Source: Parcubacteria group bacterium M10-OD1-1
GTDB lineage: Bacteria > Patescibacteriota > Minisyncoccia > Moranbacterales > UBA2206
NCBI GenBank assembly: GCA_003056145.1
Contig: LSNL01000006.1
Coordinates: 6,119-70,118 of the forward strand
Length of the DNA stretch: 64,000 nucleotides
Direction of reading: 5' to 3'
In this document: piece after piece, positions 7,647 to 17,280 of the stretch
How the letters are laid out: every line of letters begins with the position of its first letter
How positions within the stretch are numbered: the stretch's first letter is position 1
Notes under the pieces: generated by a model
What the model was told of the DNA's origin: nothing
The model's input: the letters and a program-made list of their open reading frames with translations, nothing else
The model's database searches: none
Program-made: the position numbers and the translations under genes

Positions 7647-9334
7647 TTTCTCATTTTTTCAGTTACCCAAAATTCTCCAAAATATTTACCCATAAGAATT
7701 CTAGTTTGTGAATCTATTGATGGCAATGAACCTAAGAAAGGAGCAATAATCGGAACCAAAATCCATTGTAAAAGCATATAGACATTTCTCCAACGAGAAT
7801 ATTTTTTTGGTCTAGGTGGCATTAGTAAAAAACTAAGCGACATAGATACCACTAAACCAGTCATTGCTAAAGTCATCAAATAACGAGTTATCAATGGAAG
7901 ATTATGGGCTAAGACACTTTGATTGAACTGATTGCCTCCGAAAATTAAAGGTAGCCATCCTAAAATAGCTAAAATAACAGAAGCTGTCGCCCAGCTATGA
8001 TGTCCTTCTAACATTTCAAGCGCGACTTTTATTTTTTTCCGCAAACTAATTTTTTTATTAGGTGCCAACGCCCTCATTATAATAGGAAAGTTTTCAATTC
8101 CATATGCCCATCTCCGTTTTTGCTTATATTGATTTTTAATGGTTTTCCAATAGGTTTCTGCTAAAACAGCATCTAATGATATTGGCAAATAAATTGGCTT
8201 GACCTTATAATCTCCATTGTAATAAGAAAAACATTTCCAATAAATTATAGAGTCTTCACTAATCATATTGACTGGCCAAAATCCTACTCGGTAAAGAGTA
8301 TCAAAAGGCTCTGAATGTGAAGAAAAGGTTACCATTCCCTCTGTTCTGGTACTTTGAAAAATATGCCAAAAGCTAGAACCAGTTACAATAACTCTTACGA
8401 AAGCATTAGTATCCCAAAGATTATTATGATACATCGGCAAAGGTTGATAGCTTCTTTGAAGTCGTTTGGGATCGATAATATATTCATAAGTTAAGGCCGC
8501 AAAATACTGTGGATGAGCCACACTATCACAATCAAAATTAGAAAAAATAACTTTTTTAAAATCAACTCTTCTTTCCTTAAGATACTTAACTAATTCCTTA
8601 GCTGCAAAAGTGGCGTTAGATCCCTTAGCTTTCATTTCATTGTCTTTGACAATATGCGTAGTCACAATAAAATCTCTAAAGACACCTTCAAACTTATTTT
8701 TAAGATAATTCACCTTTGCTTCTCTCTGCTCTTTGGGCTCTCTTTCTTCAGTGGCCAAAAGAATTATAAACTGCTGATTAGGAAAATTAGTCTCCATTAA
8801 TGCCTGTAAAGATGGTTCTATAATATCAGCAGGCTCTCCAGCTGTCGGCAACATAACTACATGGATAATTTCTCTCCAATCTAATATTTGATTTTTAATT
8901 TTAGAAATATCTTTTACCTCCTCCAGGTACTTTTCATTTTTAATAATTTCTTTTTTAATAATTTTTTTATCTTTTCTAGTTATCTTTTCATATCCCTGAA
9001 GAGATAGCTGCATATTTTCAATTCTTTTTTGAATAAAAGTGGCGTATTTTTCTGGATGCATTATATTTTGACATCTTTCCCACCAATCAATTGATGAACC
9101 TTCTTTAAGTTTCTTATAACCTTCTACAGAATAATAAGTAATAAAAATCGTTCTATAAATCCAGTAAATATCAAAAGCTATAATAAAAATAGCCACATAG
9201 ACTGGAAAAAGAAAAGAAAAAACAAACATTCCAATTAAAGTGAACCAAGTTAAAATTCCTGGTATCATTTCAAGTGTCCTTTGAATTTTTTTCTCTTTAG
9301 GATTTGTAGTTTTTGGATTTGGAAATTTGAACAT
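7643..9334 (-). CDS. family-2 processive glycosyltransferase (cellulose-synthase-like, Q(K/R)xRW motif)
   Basis: N- and C-terminal TM helices. Cytoplasmic GT-A core with D...DCD and KQKRRWAYG (QxxRW). Overlaps the GT4 gene by 4 nt. Confidence 0.75.
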   Translation of the reverse strand: MFKFPNPKTTNPKEKKIQRTLEMIPGILTWFTLIGMFVFSFLFPVYVAIFIIAFDIYWIYRTIFITYYSVEGYKKLKEGSSIDWWERCQNIMHPEKYATFIQKRIENMQLSLQGYEKITRKDKKIIKKEIIKNEKYLEEVKDISKIKNQILDWREIIHVVMLPTAGEPADIIEPSLQALMETNFPNQQFIILLATEEREPKEQREAKVNYLKNKFEGVFRDFIVTTHIVKDNEMKAKGSNATFAAKELVKYLKERRVDFKKVIFSNFDCDSVAHPQYFAALTYEYIIDPKRLQRSYQPLPMYHNNLWDTNAFVRVIVTGSSFWHIFQSTRTEGMVTFSSHSEPFDTLYRVGFWPVNMISEDSIIYWKCFSYYNGDYKVKPIYLPISLDAVLAETYWKTIKNQYKQKRRWAYGIENFPIIMRALAPNKKISLRKKIKVALEMLEGHHSWATASVILAILGWLPLIFGGNQFNQSVLAHNLPLITRYLMTLAMTGLVVSMSLSFLLMPPRPKKYSRWRNVYMLLQWILVPIIAPFLGSLPSIDSQTRILMGKYFGEFWVTEKMRK

Positions 9335-9377
9335 TTCTAATAACTAAAAAATTAAAATTTAACGCTGATAGATGTTT

Positions 9378-9791
9378 TTAATAATTGATTATAATTATAC
9401 TCAAAGAGGCAATCATAAGACTTATTTGAACCATAAAAGAAGCTAATAGCAAAATATAACTAGCAATTCTTTCTTTATTTTTATAAAAATAAATAGCTAA
9501 AAATAAATTAGTAATAAATACAAATAATCCGATTGAAGATAAAATAAAAATTTGTTTCCAGCTCCCTGTCTTATCAACTCCGAAATAAACATTATAATGC
9601 AAAATGATGTTTCTGTCAACGGAGTGTAAAAAAATAAATATAATAATCCAATTAATTGCATTAGCTAAAATATTCAATGACAGAAGCCAAATTACTATTT
9701 TATTACTCCAAAAGCTATCTCTGAAAAAAAGCTTGGTTTTATGGTTCAAGCTTTTTATAAAATTTTTCTTTTTTCTTTTTTCTTTTGCCAT
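9378..9791 (-). CDS. hypothetical small integral membrane protein (4 TM)
   Basis: Hydrophobic 137-aa ORF directly downstream of the GT2 gene. No family recognised. Confidence 0.4.
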   Translation of the reverse strand: MAKEKRKKKNFIKSLNHKTKLFFRDSFWSNKIVIWLLSLNILANAINWIIIFIFLHSVDRNIILHYNVYFGVDKTGSWKQIFILSSIGLFVFITNLFLAIYFYKNKERIASYILLLASFMVQISLMIASLSIIIINY

Positions 9792-9802
9792 AGTTTTAGC
9801 CT

Positions 9803-10891
9803 TTATTCATTTTTTGGTTTTTCCAAAGTCATTGGTTCAATTTCTTTCTTTTTATCAGTAATTTTAGAAACATCTTTATCAATCTTACTTAATTCCTTAG
9901 AAGCCATATTGAAATGATTAACAGTCGTAGACATACTATTGCCTAATTTTTTCATATATTCTTCAAACACTACTATATGTCGGCCTAATTTTTCTACATT
10001 GCCTCTAATTGATTTAGCACTTTCTTCAATTTGTAAGGCTCTTAATCCTTGTAAAACAGTTTGTAAATAAGCCAAAAAAGAAGTTGGAGAAACAATAATA
10101 ACTTTTTTATCTTTAAAAGCGTAGTCAATTAAATCACGCGTGCTACTTTGAACTGAGCCTATTTTATTAATTAAGAGATCATAATAAATAGCTTCTGACG
10201 GAATAAACATAAAAGCAAAATCCATAGTTCCTTCTCCTGGTTTGATATATTTTGATGTCTCGTCAATTCTATTTTTTAAATCTTGTTTAAATAATTTTTC
10301 TAATCCTTCTCTTTCTTCTGGTTCTCTAGCATTAAGTATCTTTTCATAATTCTCTAAAGAAAATTTAGAATCAATTGGAATAATTTTTTCTTTCACAAAG
10401 ACTACCGCATCTACAATAACACCATCCTTGAAACTATACTGCATTTGATAAGACCTAGGAGGAAGCACATTTTTTAAAGTTTCTTCTAAAAAATATTCCC
10501 CCAGCACTCCTCTCTGTTTTGGATTTTTAAGGATATCCTGAAGATTTTGAAGTTGAGCTGAAAAATTAACTACCTGCTTGTTAGTTTCCTCAATCTTAGA
10601 TAACTTTTCAGTTACCTCCGAAATAGACCTAACCGACTGACTAGCAATCCCTTGGGCCGTTCTCATTGTTTGATTAATCTGGTCTTGAGTTGCCCGATAA
10701 GTTTCTGAAAGTTTACTATCCATATTGTGACGAAGCTCCCTATTTTGTTCTGCCAACATAGACATCCGCTCTAAAATAGCCGTCATTTTATCGTTCTCTT
10801 GATTACTGCTAAGTTTTTTGTTGAGATTAAAAATAACCCAAATAACTCCAAGATTCACCAAAACTAAAACTATTATTGTCAAATAAAGCAT
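9803..10891 (-). CDS. rmuC: DNA recombination protein RmuC
   Basis: N-terminal TM, long coiled coil, C-terminal RmuC region (GVLGEYFLEETLKNVLP...IDSKFSLENY). Confidence 0.75.
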   Translation of the reverse strand: MLYLTIIVLVLVNLGVIWVIFNLNKKLSSNQENDKMTAILERMSMLAEQNRELRHNMDSKLSETYRATQDQINQTMRTAQGIASQSVRSISEVTEKLSKIEETNKQVVNFSAQLQNLQDILKNPKQRGVLGEYFLEETLKNVLPPRSYQMQYSFKDGVIVDAVVFVKEKIIPIDSKFSLENYEKILNAREPEEREGLEKLFKQDLKNRIDETSKYIKPGEGTMDFAFMFIPSEAIYYDLLINKIGSVQSSTRDLIDYAFKDKKVIIVSPTSFLAYLQTVLQGLRALQIEESAKSIRGNVEKLGRHIVVFEEYMKKLGNSMSTTVNHFNMASKELSKIDKDVSKITDKKKEIEPMTLEKPKNE

Positions 10892-10913
10892 CCTCTTATT
10901 AATCTTAAATAAT

Positions 10914-11516
10914 TTAATTCCTCCTATTAGCTATTAACTGACGAAGTCCAGGAATTTTATTGATTACCTCTTCATGTGGACCCTCTAAAAACTCTAAAAT
11001 AAATTTATCTAACATATTTAAGCGATATTTTAATTCATCGGCTGTCATTAAAACAAAATTAATTTCTTTCCCTATTTCTGCTTCTAAATTATTCATTAAA
11101 TTTTTTAGCTTTGCTTTGCTAACTGATTCGCCAACTAAAATCATATCAGCCTTACTTTTCTGGTAATTAATAAAGATTCCACTAATAACTGCCAACTTCA
11201 TATTGCCAATTTTCCCAATCTTAGACAAACTCTTACATTGAGGATAAACATTAGATTTAGCAATTAATTTTTTTAACTCTGGATAAAAATTAAAGTTTTG
11301 ATTAAGCTCATAAAAAATTTTCTTTTTTTTGGTTCTTTTTAAAATAAACTTTATTTTAAATAAGGTTGCAATCTCACTTCTCGTTTTGGAACTTTTTAAC
11401 ATATTTTTCTCCACAATTTCTGAAAAGCTAAAGAGTTGATCAGGATTTTGCAAAAAAAACCTCAATAAACGTGCCTTCTCTTTAGACCCAAAAAGACCTT
11501 CTAAAATATCTGACAT
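10914..11516 (-). CDS. hypothetical protein (200 aa)
   Basis: Intact ORF; N-terminus could be winged-helix-like, but no confident family. Confidence 0.35.
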   Translation of the reverse strand: MSDILEGLFGSKEKARLLRFFLQNPDQLFSFSEIVEKNMLKSSKTRSEIATLFKIKFILKRTKKKKIFYELNQNFNFYPELKKLIAKSNVYPQCKSLSKIGKIGNMKLAVISGIFINYQKSKADMILVGESVSKAKLKNLMNNLEAEIGKEINFVLMTADELKYRLNMLDKFILEFLEGPHEEVINKIPGLRQLIANRRN

Positions 11517-11823
11517 AAATTTAAATAATTAACTTCTTAAAAAATAGGTGGAATATCTTTTCTATCTGATATTCACTTTAGTAGCTTATTTAAGTATAAA
11601 CTGGGAGAAACGAAAAGTAAAGTTAACTTAAAAAACTATTAATTTTATTTTTTAAAACCCTCATTTAAACTTATCTCTGACTAATATTTAATCTCTCTTC
11701 TCTTTTTAATTTTTCTCCACCACATGATTTTATCTAGAGTAATTTATTTAGAAACAACTAATTTGCCCAAGTTAAAACCTGTTTTCATCTCTAATTTTTT
11801 AGTTAAAGTATTTAATTTTGAAA

Positions 11824-13197
11824 TTAAACTGGTTCCCAATCACTTGATTTCCAAGTTTCATCTTGACGGCAAAGAATTTCCTTTATATCACTAGGATTTT
11901 TAATAATACTTTCCACTATTTTTTCCATTCTCATTCCTTGTGAGCCTTTAACTAAAATCACATCTCCTGACTGAATAATTTTTTGTAACTTTTCAATCGC
12001 TTCATTAGGATTTTTATAAGTAAATATTTTTTCTGTAGAAAAATTTAATCTTTTTAACTCTTCTGTTGCAAATTTCATTCTCTGCCCAACTGCCAAAAAA
12101 ATATCGCCTTTATTTTTCAAGAATTCTCTCGCTATTAATTTGTGCTCTGCTTCTGTATCTACTCCCAACTCCAACATATCTCCCAAAACAACAATCCTTC
12201 TATTAGATTTAATTTCTCCTAGAACTTTTAAAGCCGCTTTGGTGGAAACAGGTGAAGCATTATAGGAATCATCAATAATTAAAGTATTATTCATACCTAA
12301 AATTGGCTTCATTCTTCCGCAAGGCATAGAAAAATTTTCCAAAGCTTTTGCTATTTCAACTAAATTCATTTTAAACTCTAATCCTACTGCCACGCCACTA
12401 AGTGCTGCGTAAATATTATGTTTTGCTAAAACATTATTTAATCTCACGGGAATAACCGTTCCTTGATAATTAAGTTTAAAAGATAAACCTTTTACTCTTT
12501 CTATATTTTCTATTTTTTCTGAATAATTATAAAGAACTTCTTCTGCTTTAATATCCGCTTTTTCTGAAAAACCAAAGGTTAAAAAATTAATTTTTTTAGG
12601 ATTATCTTTTTTTTGATCTTGATTCTTAGTAACTAATTTTAAAATTTGAGTATTATCTAGATTAACAATCGCTCTCCTTTTTTTTCTGAGACTTTTAACT
12701 AATTCCCATTTCTCTTTCGCTACTCGATTAACGGTTTTAAAATATTCCAAATGACTACCAGAAATATCAGTAATAACTGCCATTTCACATTTAATGAAAC
12801 TGGCTAAATATTTAATATCTCCTGGATGATCAGCACCCATTTCTAAAATTAAAACATCTGGATAATTTATAGGAAAAATTGCAATTACTAGCCAATAAAA
12901 AAATATTTCCAACCATTTTATAATTGATCGCTCTCCACTTTTAACTCCTAGAATAGTTAATGGCAACCCTATTTCATTATTGTAATTTTTCTCATTTTTT
13001 CTAACTTTAACTTGACCATTTAAGACAGTAAAAATTGCTTCCTTAGCAGAAGTTTTTCCTACTGAACCAGTAATACCAATTACCTTAGGTTGGTATTTTT
13101 TTAAAATTACTATTGCCATAAATCTCAGAATTTTTTCTAAGAGTACTAGCTTTTTTGCTTTTCCTGTTTCTTTGATTATTTTATTTTGAGTTTCCAT
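11824..13197 (-). CDS. murF: UDP-N-acetylmuramoyl-tripeptide--D-alanyl-D-alanine ligase MurF
   Basis: Mur ligase P-loop VIGITGSVGKTSAKE plus middle and C-terminal Mur ligase domains. Position downstream of ftsI fits MurF (or a MurE-like ligase). Confidence 0.75.
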   Translation of the reverse strand: METQNKIIKETGKAKKLVLLEKILRFMAIVILKKYQPKVIGITGSVGKTSAKEAIFTVLNGQVKVRKNEKNYNNEIGLPLTILGVKSGERSIIKWLEIFFYWLVIAIFPINYPDVLILEMGADHPGDIKYLASFIKCEMAVITDISGSHLEYFKTVNRVAKEKWELVKSLRKKRRAIVNLDNTQILKLVTKNQDQKKDNPKKINFLTFGFSEKADIKAEEVLYNYSEKIENIERVKGLSFKLNYQGTVIPVRLNNVLAKHNIYAALSGVAVGLEFKMNLVEIAKALENFSMPCGRMKPILGMNNTLIIDDSYNASPVSTKAALKVLGEIKSNRRIVVLGDMLELGVDTEAEHKLIAREFLKNKGDIFLAVGQRMKFATEELKRLNFSTEKIFTYKNPNEAIEKLQKIIQSGDVILVKGSQGMRMEKIVESIIKNPSDIKEILCRQDETWKSSDWEPV

Positions 13198-15061
13198 TTT
13201 TTTGATTATTATCTTTTTGTTGATTATTGGCTGAATAATATTTTAAAGTATGCGTTCTATTAAATAAAGCTAAATCTTTCTGAGTATATTTTTCAGTTGG
13301 TTGAATACTTTTATAATCTAGTAAAAATTTCATCAATTCTCCAAAAGTTGGAGCTGCACTTGATTCTGCCCATTGAACTGTTTTTGGATCATCCATTCTA
13401 ACTAGAATGACGAATCGAGGATTATTGATAGGAGCAAACCCAGCAAAAGAACCAATGCTTTCCCCTTGAACATAGCCTCTTTTCTTTGAGCTAGCTACTT
13501 GCGCTGTACCAGTTTTTCCTCCTACTAAATAACCTGGAACATCAGCTCTTCTTCCGTGTTCATGAACAACGACACTTCTTAACATTTGAGCAACTTCTTG
13601 AGCTGCTTTTTGCGAAATCACTCTTCTGACTTCTTGAGGTTCAATATATTCATCAGTTCCATCGCTATGAATTATTTTTTCTACTATCTGTGGTTTCATT
13701 AAAATACCTCCGTTAGCAATCGCACTATAAGCGCTGACTAATTGAATTGGTGTCGCAGTTATTCCTTGTCCAAAAGAAGCTGTATAAAATTGAATATTGC
13801 TTCTTAGATTATTTAAATTACTAATATTACCTGCACTTTCCCCTGGCAAAGTTATCTTTGTTAAATTTCCAAAACCAAATCGTTGGACATAATCTCTAAA
13901 ATTTCTATTCCCCAAAAGTTTTTCCACGTAGATAGCTCCAGTATTTAAAGATTTATCTAAAACTTGAGTCATAGTTTGCAATCCATCAGCTTCTAATTCT
14001 GCATTTCTAATTGTATAGCCAGCTTCTGTTACTCTTCCTGTATCGGTATAGGTTGTCTGAGGTGTTATTTTACCATTATCGATAGCAGCTGACATAGTAA
14101 TAGTTTTAAAAATACTTCCACACTCATAAGCATTACTAACAGCTAAGTTTCTAAAATCAGCCATCTCAGATACATTTCTATATTCATTCGGATTAAAATT
14201 TGGATAACTAGCCATTGCTAAAATTCTTCCTGTCTTTGGCTCTTCTACGATAATCGTTCCTCGTTTAGCTTCAAATTTATCAATCGCCCCCTGAAGAATT
14301 CTTTCTGTTTCATATTGGATAGTATGATCAATAGTCAAAACTAAACTATCTCCATTTTTAGCTTGACTTATCTTTCTTTCCCCTGTGGAGATCCAACTGT
14401 CTGAATTATCTTTATTTTGATATAATTCACCTTTCTGACCTTGAAGCTTTGTATTAAAATAAGCTTCAATTCCATAACGCCCTCCTAAACTATGCCCCCT
14501 CCAACCAACAAAACCTAAAACGTTAGAAGCTAATTTATCCGCTGGATAATATCTATATGTTTCATCTGACAAATGAATTCCTTCTAATTTTAAACTATCC
14601 AATTGACTTATGGAGCCTTCAGATAATCGATGTTTTAAAACTTCATAACTATCCTGAGATCTAGAAAGTTTCCTTCTCAAATGATCTTTATTTAAGTCTA
14701 GAATTTTTGCCAATAAATGAGCTTCCAATTCTGGATTTTTAATTTCTCTTGGTACAGCATAAGCCATTTTAGTCTCCTTATTCACAGCAACTAGATAAAC
14801 TCCGCCTTGATCTTGAAGGAAAATTTCCCCTCTCTTAGGAATTAGTTTTTTTAAAATAGAATGCTGATTGTCAGCTAATTCTTGATAATAGCTATGTGCT
14901 AAGACTTGGATAGAATAAAGTTTTAAAACTATTATTCCTGTCACTAAAATTATAACAGCGAATAAAATATAAATTCTAGCATTATCAAATTCATATTGAC
15001 CAATTAATTGAAAAAAATGTTTTATCTTACTTTTCCTTTTCTGAGAGTTTACTGAATTCAT
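13181..15061 (-). CDS. ftsI: peptidoglycan D,D-transpeptidase FtsI (class B PBP)
   Basis: N-terminal TM, PBP dimerisation domain, transpeptidase motifs SIFK (SxxK), SxN and KTGTA. Confidence 0.85.
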   Translation of the reverse strand: MNSVNSQKRKSKIKHFFQLIGQYEFDNARIYILFAVIILVTGIIVLKLYSIQVLAHSYYQELADNQHSILKKLIPKRGEIFLQDQGGVYLVAVNKETKMAYAVPREIKNPELEAHLLAKILDLNKDHLRRKLSRSQDSYEVLKHRLSEGSISQLDSLKLEGIHLSDETYRYYPADKLASNVLGFVGWRGHSLGGRYGIEAYFNTKLQGQKGELYQNKDNSDSWISTGERKISQAKNGDSLVLTIDHTIQYETERILQGAIDKFEAKRGTIIVEEPKTGRILAMASYPNFNPNEYRNVSEMADFRNLAVSNAYECGSIFKTITMSAAIDNGKITPQTTYTDTGRVTEAGYTIRNAELEADGLQTMTQVLDKSLNTGAIYVEKLLGNRNFRDYVQRFGFGNLTKITLPGESAGNISNLNNLRSNIQFYTASFGQGITATPIQLVSAYSAIANGGILMKPQIVEKIIHSDGTDEYIEPQEVRRVISQKAAQEVAQMLRSVVVHEHGRRADVPGYLVGGKTGTAQVASSKKRGYVQGESIGSFAGFAPINNPRFVILVRMDDPKTVQWAESSAAPTFGELMKFLLDYKSIQPTEKYTQKDLALFNRTHTLKYYSANNQQKDNNQKNGNSK

Positions 15062-15104
15062 AATTTCTAACTAATTTTAAAAATAAAACGACTCTTGAAA
15101 ATTT

Positions 15105-15536
15105 CTATTTCATTGCTACCCTTTCATTGATTTCTAAATAAGAGATGTTAGTAGTATTTATTAAATTTAAATTTTGAGTTGTTTTCTCAATCCGATACAT
15201 TGATTTTAACTCTACTTCTTTTATTCTATTTTGTTCTTTAGTTTTTTGAAGTTCCTGAATTTTATTTTGCATATTATTTACTTCATAGCCCATAGAGACT
15301 AAACTATTAACTTGAAATAAATAAAAAGCTCCAAAAATAACCATTGTAGTAATTAAAGCAAAAAAAGAATGCATAAACCCCAGCTTTATACTACCTTTTT
15401 GAGATTCTTGTTCTTTAAATTTTTGAGTAGTTAAATGCCATTTTTGTCTATTAAAAGTTTTTTTCCTAATTCGCTGAAAAACAGCTCTTTGAAAACCATT
15501 GGAATTTAATCTACAGACCGTTATTATTTTTGACAT
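15105..15536 (-). CDS. FtsL-like cell-division protein (TM plus coiled coil)
   Basis: Position between rsmH and ftsI. Single TM followed by a coiled-coil region. Confidence 0.5.
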   Translation of the reverse strand: MSKIITVCRLNSNGFQRAVFQRIRKKTFNRQKWHLTTQKFKEQESQKGSIKLGFMHSFFALITTMVIFGAFYLFQVNSLVSMGYEVNNMQNKIQELQKTKEQNRIKEVELKSMYRIEKTTQNLNLINTTNISYLEINERVAMK

Positions 15537-15612
15537 AAATTTCAGACCCCCTGAAATTTTTTATTCTAATAATTAAATTTTATTTTTTATTTTTAACTCC
15601 TTTTTTATTTTT

Positions 15613-16545
15613 CTATATTTTTTCACAAACTCTTAATTTAGCACTCCTGGATTTAGGATTTTCTAACCTTTCTTTTTCCTTCGGAATAATTGGTTTAGTA
15701 TTAATAATTTCCACAATTGGTTTTTCTCCACAAATACAAACCGGGAAATTTTTCGGACAAATGCATCCCCTAGCATTTTCCCGAAAAATATTCTTGGTAA
15801 TTCTATCTTCCAATGAGTGGAAGGACACTATTGCTAACCGAGCCGTCTTTTTTAATAATTTAATCGCTTCAGGAATAAATTTTTCTAGATTCTCTAATTC
15901 TTGATTGACTTCTATTCTAAGTGCTTGAAAAGTTCTGGTTGCCGGACTAATCTTAGCGTTTCTATATTTCATCGGAACAGCCTCCCTAATTACGGTTACT
16001 AATTCTTTGGTTGTTTTAATTTGTTTTTCTTCTCTTTTTTTAATAATTTTATGAGCTATCAATTTTGCATATCTCTCTTCTCCATAATTCTGAATAATTT
16101 TTCTTAATTTTTCTTCGGAATATCGATTAACTATCTCTTGAGCATTTATTTCGTCATCAATATTGAAACGCATATCCAATGGCTCGTCTTTCAAAAAACT
16201 CATTCCTTTGCCGACTAATTGATCAGTACTCCAACCTAAATCAGCAACAATGGCATCTACTTTTTCTATTTGTAACTCAGCTAAGATATTTTTTAAATTA
16301 GAGAAATTATCGTTAATTAAATCTATTCTATTTTTAAAATTCTCTTGCTCAATTTTTATCTTAAAATTCTTTATGGCTTCTCTATCCGCATCAATAGCTA
16401 TTAACCTCCCTCTCTCACCGATCCTTTTTAATATCTCTCTTGAATATCCTCCCCCTCCAAGAGTAGCATCAACTACCGTAGCTCCTTCTTTTAAATTGAG
16501 GCTATCTATCGCTTCTACTAACAAAACTGATTTATGAATACTCAT
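15613..16545 (-). CDS. rsmH: 16S rRNA (cytosine1402-N4)-methyltransferase RsmH (MraW)
   Basis: N-terminal VLL.E....L......VDATLGGGGYS and characteristic Cys-rich C-terminus. Confidence 0.9.
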   Translation of the reverse strand: MSIHKSVLLVEAIDSLNLKEGATVVDATLGGGGYSREILKRIGERGRLIAIDADREAIKNFKIKIEQENFKNRIDLINDNFSNLKNILAELQIEKVDAIVADLGWSTDQLVGKGMSFLKDEPLDMRFNIDDEINAQEIVNRYSEEKLRKIIQNYGEERYAKLIAHKIIKKREEKQIKTTKELVTVIREAVPMKYRNAKISPATRTFQALRIEVNQELENLEKFIPEAIKLLKKTARLAIVSFHSLEDRITKNIFRENARGCICPKNFPVCICGEKPIVEIINTKPIIPKEKERLENPKSRSAKLRVCEKI

Positions 16546-16568
16546 TCTAATCTATCTAAAAATTATCT

Positions 16569-17003
16569 TTAATAAATTCCTAGTTTACCCAACTGTTCAG
16601 CAATCTCATCAGTATTTTTTTCAGCTTTTCTTTTATAATCATTCCATTTTTTTTCATCCCAAATTTCTAAACGATTATACAGCCCGGCTACTACTATATT
16701 TCTTTTTAAATTAGCATAATCTTTTAAATAATCAGGAATTAAAATCCTTCCTTGTTTATCTACTTCTATATCACAAGCCCCAGCCAACATAAGCCGAACA
16801 AAGCTTCTAGTACTTGCCTCTCCAACAGGCATCGCTCCTAATTTTTCAGCTAATGATTTCCAGATAGACATTGGATAAATAAATAAGCATTTGTCCAAAC
16901 CTCTAGTTACTACCACTTTATTTTTCAATTCATCTCTAAATTTACTTGGAACAGCCAATCTTTTTTTTGGATCAATAGAATGTTGATATTCTCCAATAAA
17001 CAT
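16569..17003 (-). CDS. mraZ: transcriptional regulator MraZ
   Basis: MFIGEYQHSIDPKKRLAVPSKFR, the duplicated MraZ/SpoVT-AbrB-like domain. First gene of the dcw cluster. Confidence 0.9.
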   Translation of the reverse strand: MFIGEYQHSIDPKKRLAVPSKFRDELKNKVVVTRGLDKCLFIYPMSIWKSLAEKLGAMPVGEASTRSFVRLMLAGACDIEVDKQGRILIPDYLKDYANLKRNIVVAGLYNRLEIWDEKKWNDYKRKAEKNTDEIAEQLGKLGIY

Positions 17004-17080
17004 ATCATTTTAAGAATCAACTATTAAATCATTACTTTGACTTCTTATTTTAAAAAATGAGTTACAATTATTCCAAATTT

Positions 17081-17099
17081 ACCACTTTCCCCCACTTTT
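17081..17099 (-). promoter_or_regulatory. possible MraZ operator (GTGG(G) direct repeats at ~10-nt spacing) upstream of mraZ
   Basis: Minus-strand reading AAAAGTGGGGGAAAGTGGT lies 80-95 nt upstream of the mraZ start. MraZ binds GTGGG-like direct repeats in its own promoter. Confidence 0.3.
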
Positions 17100-17227
17100 A
17101 TAAACTTTATTTCTATTTTACTCCACCAGTCTTCATCAGTCAACACATTAAAAATTAAATTAATCATTTAAAAAAATAGCTTAAATAAGCTATTCACTAA
17201 AAAGTTATCCACAACTTTTACACAAAA

Positions 17228-17260
17228 ACAACTCCTTAACAATTAAAGAGTTGTTTTTTA
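17228..17260 (-). terminator. rho-independent terminator of typA
   Basis: AACAACTCCTTAACAATTAAAGAGTTGTTTTTT, an 8-bp stem with a T-run on the transcript strand. Confidence 0.6.
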
Positions 17261-17280
17261 TTCAATAAAAAAGTTTTAAT

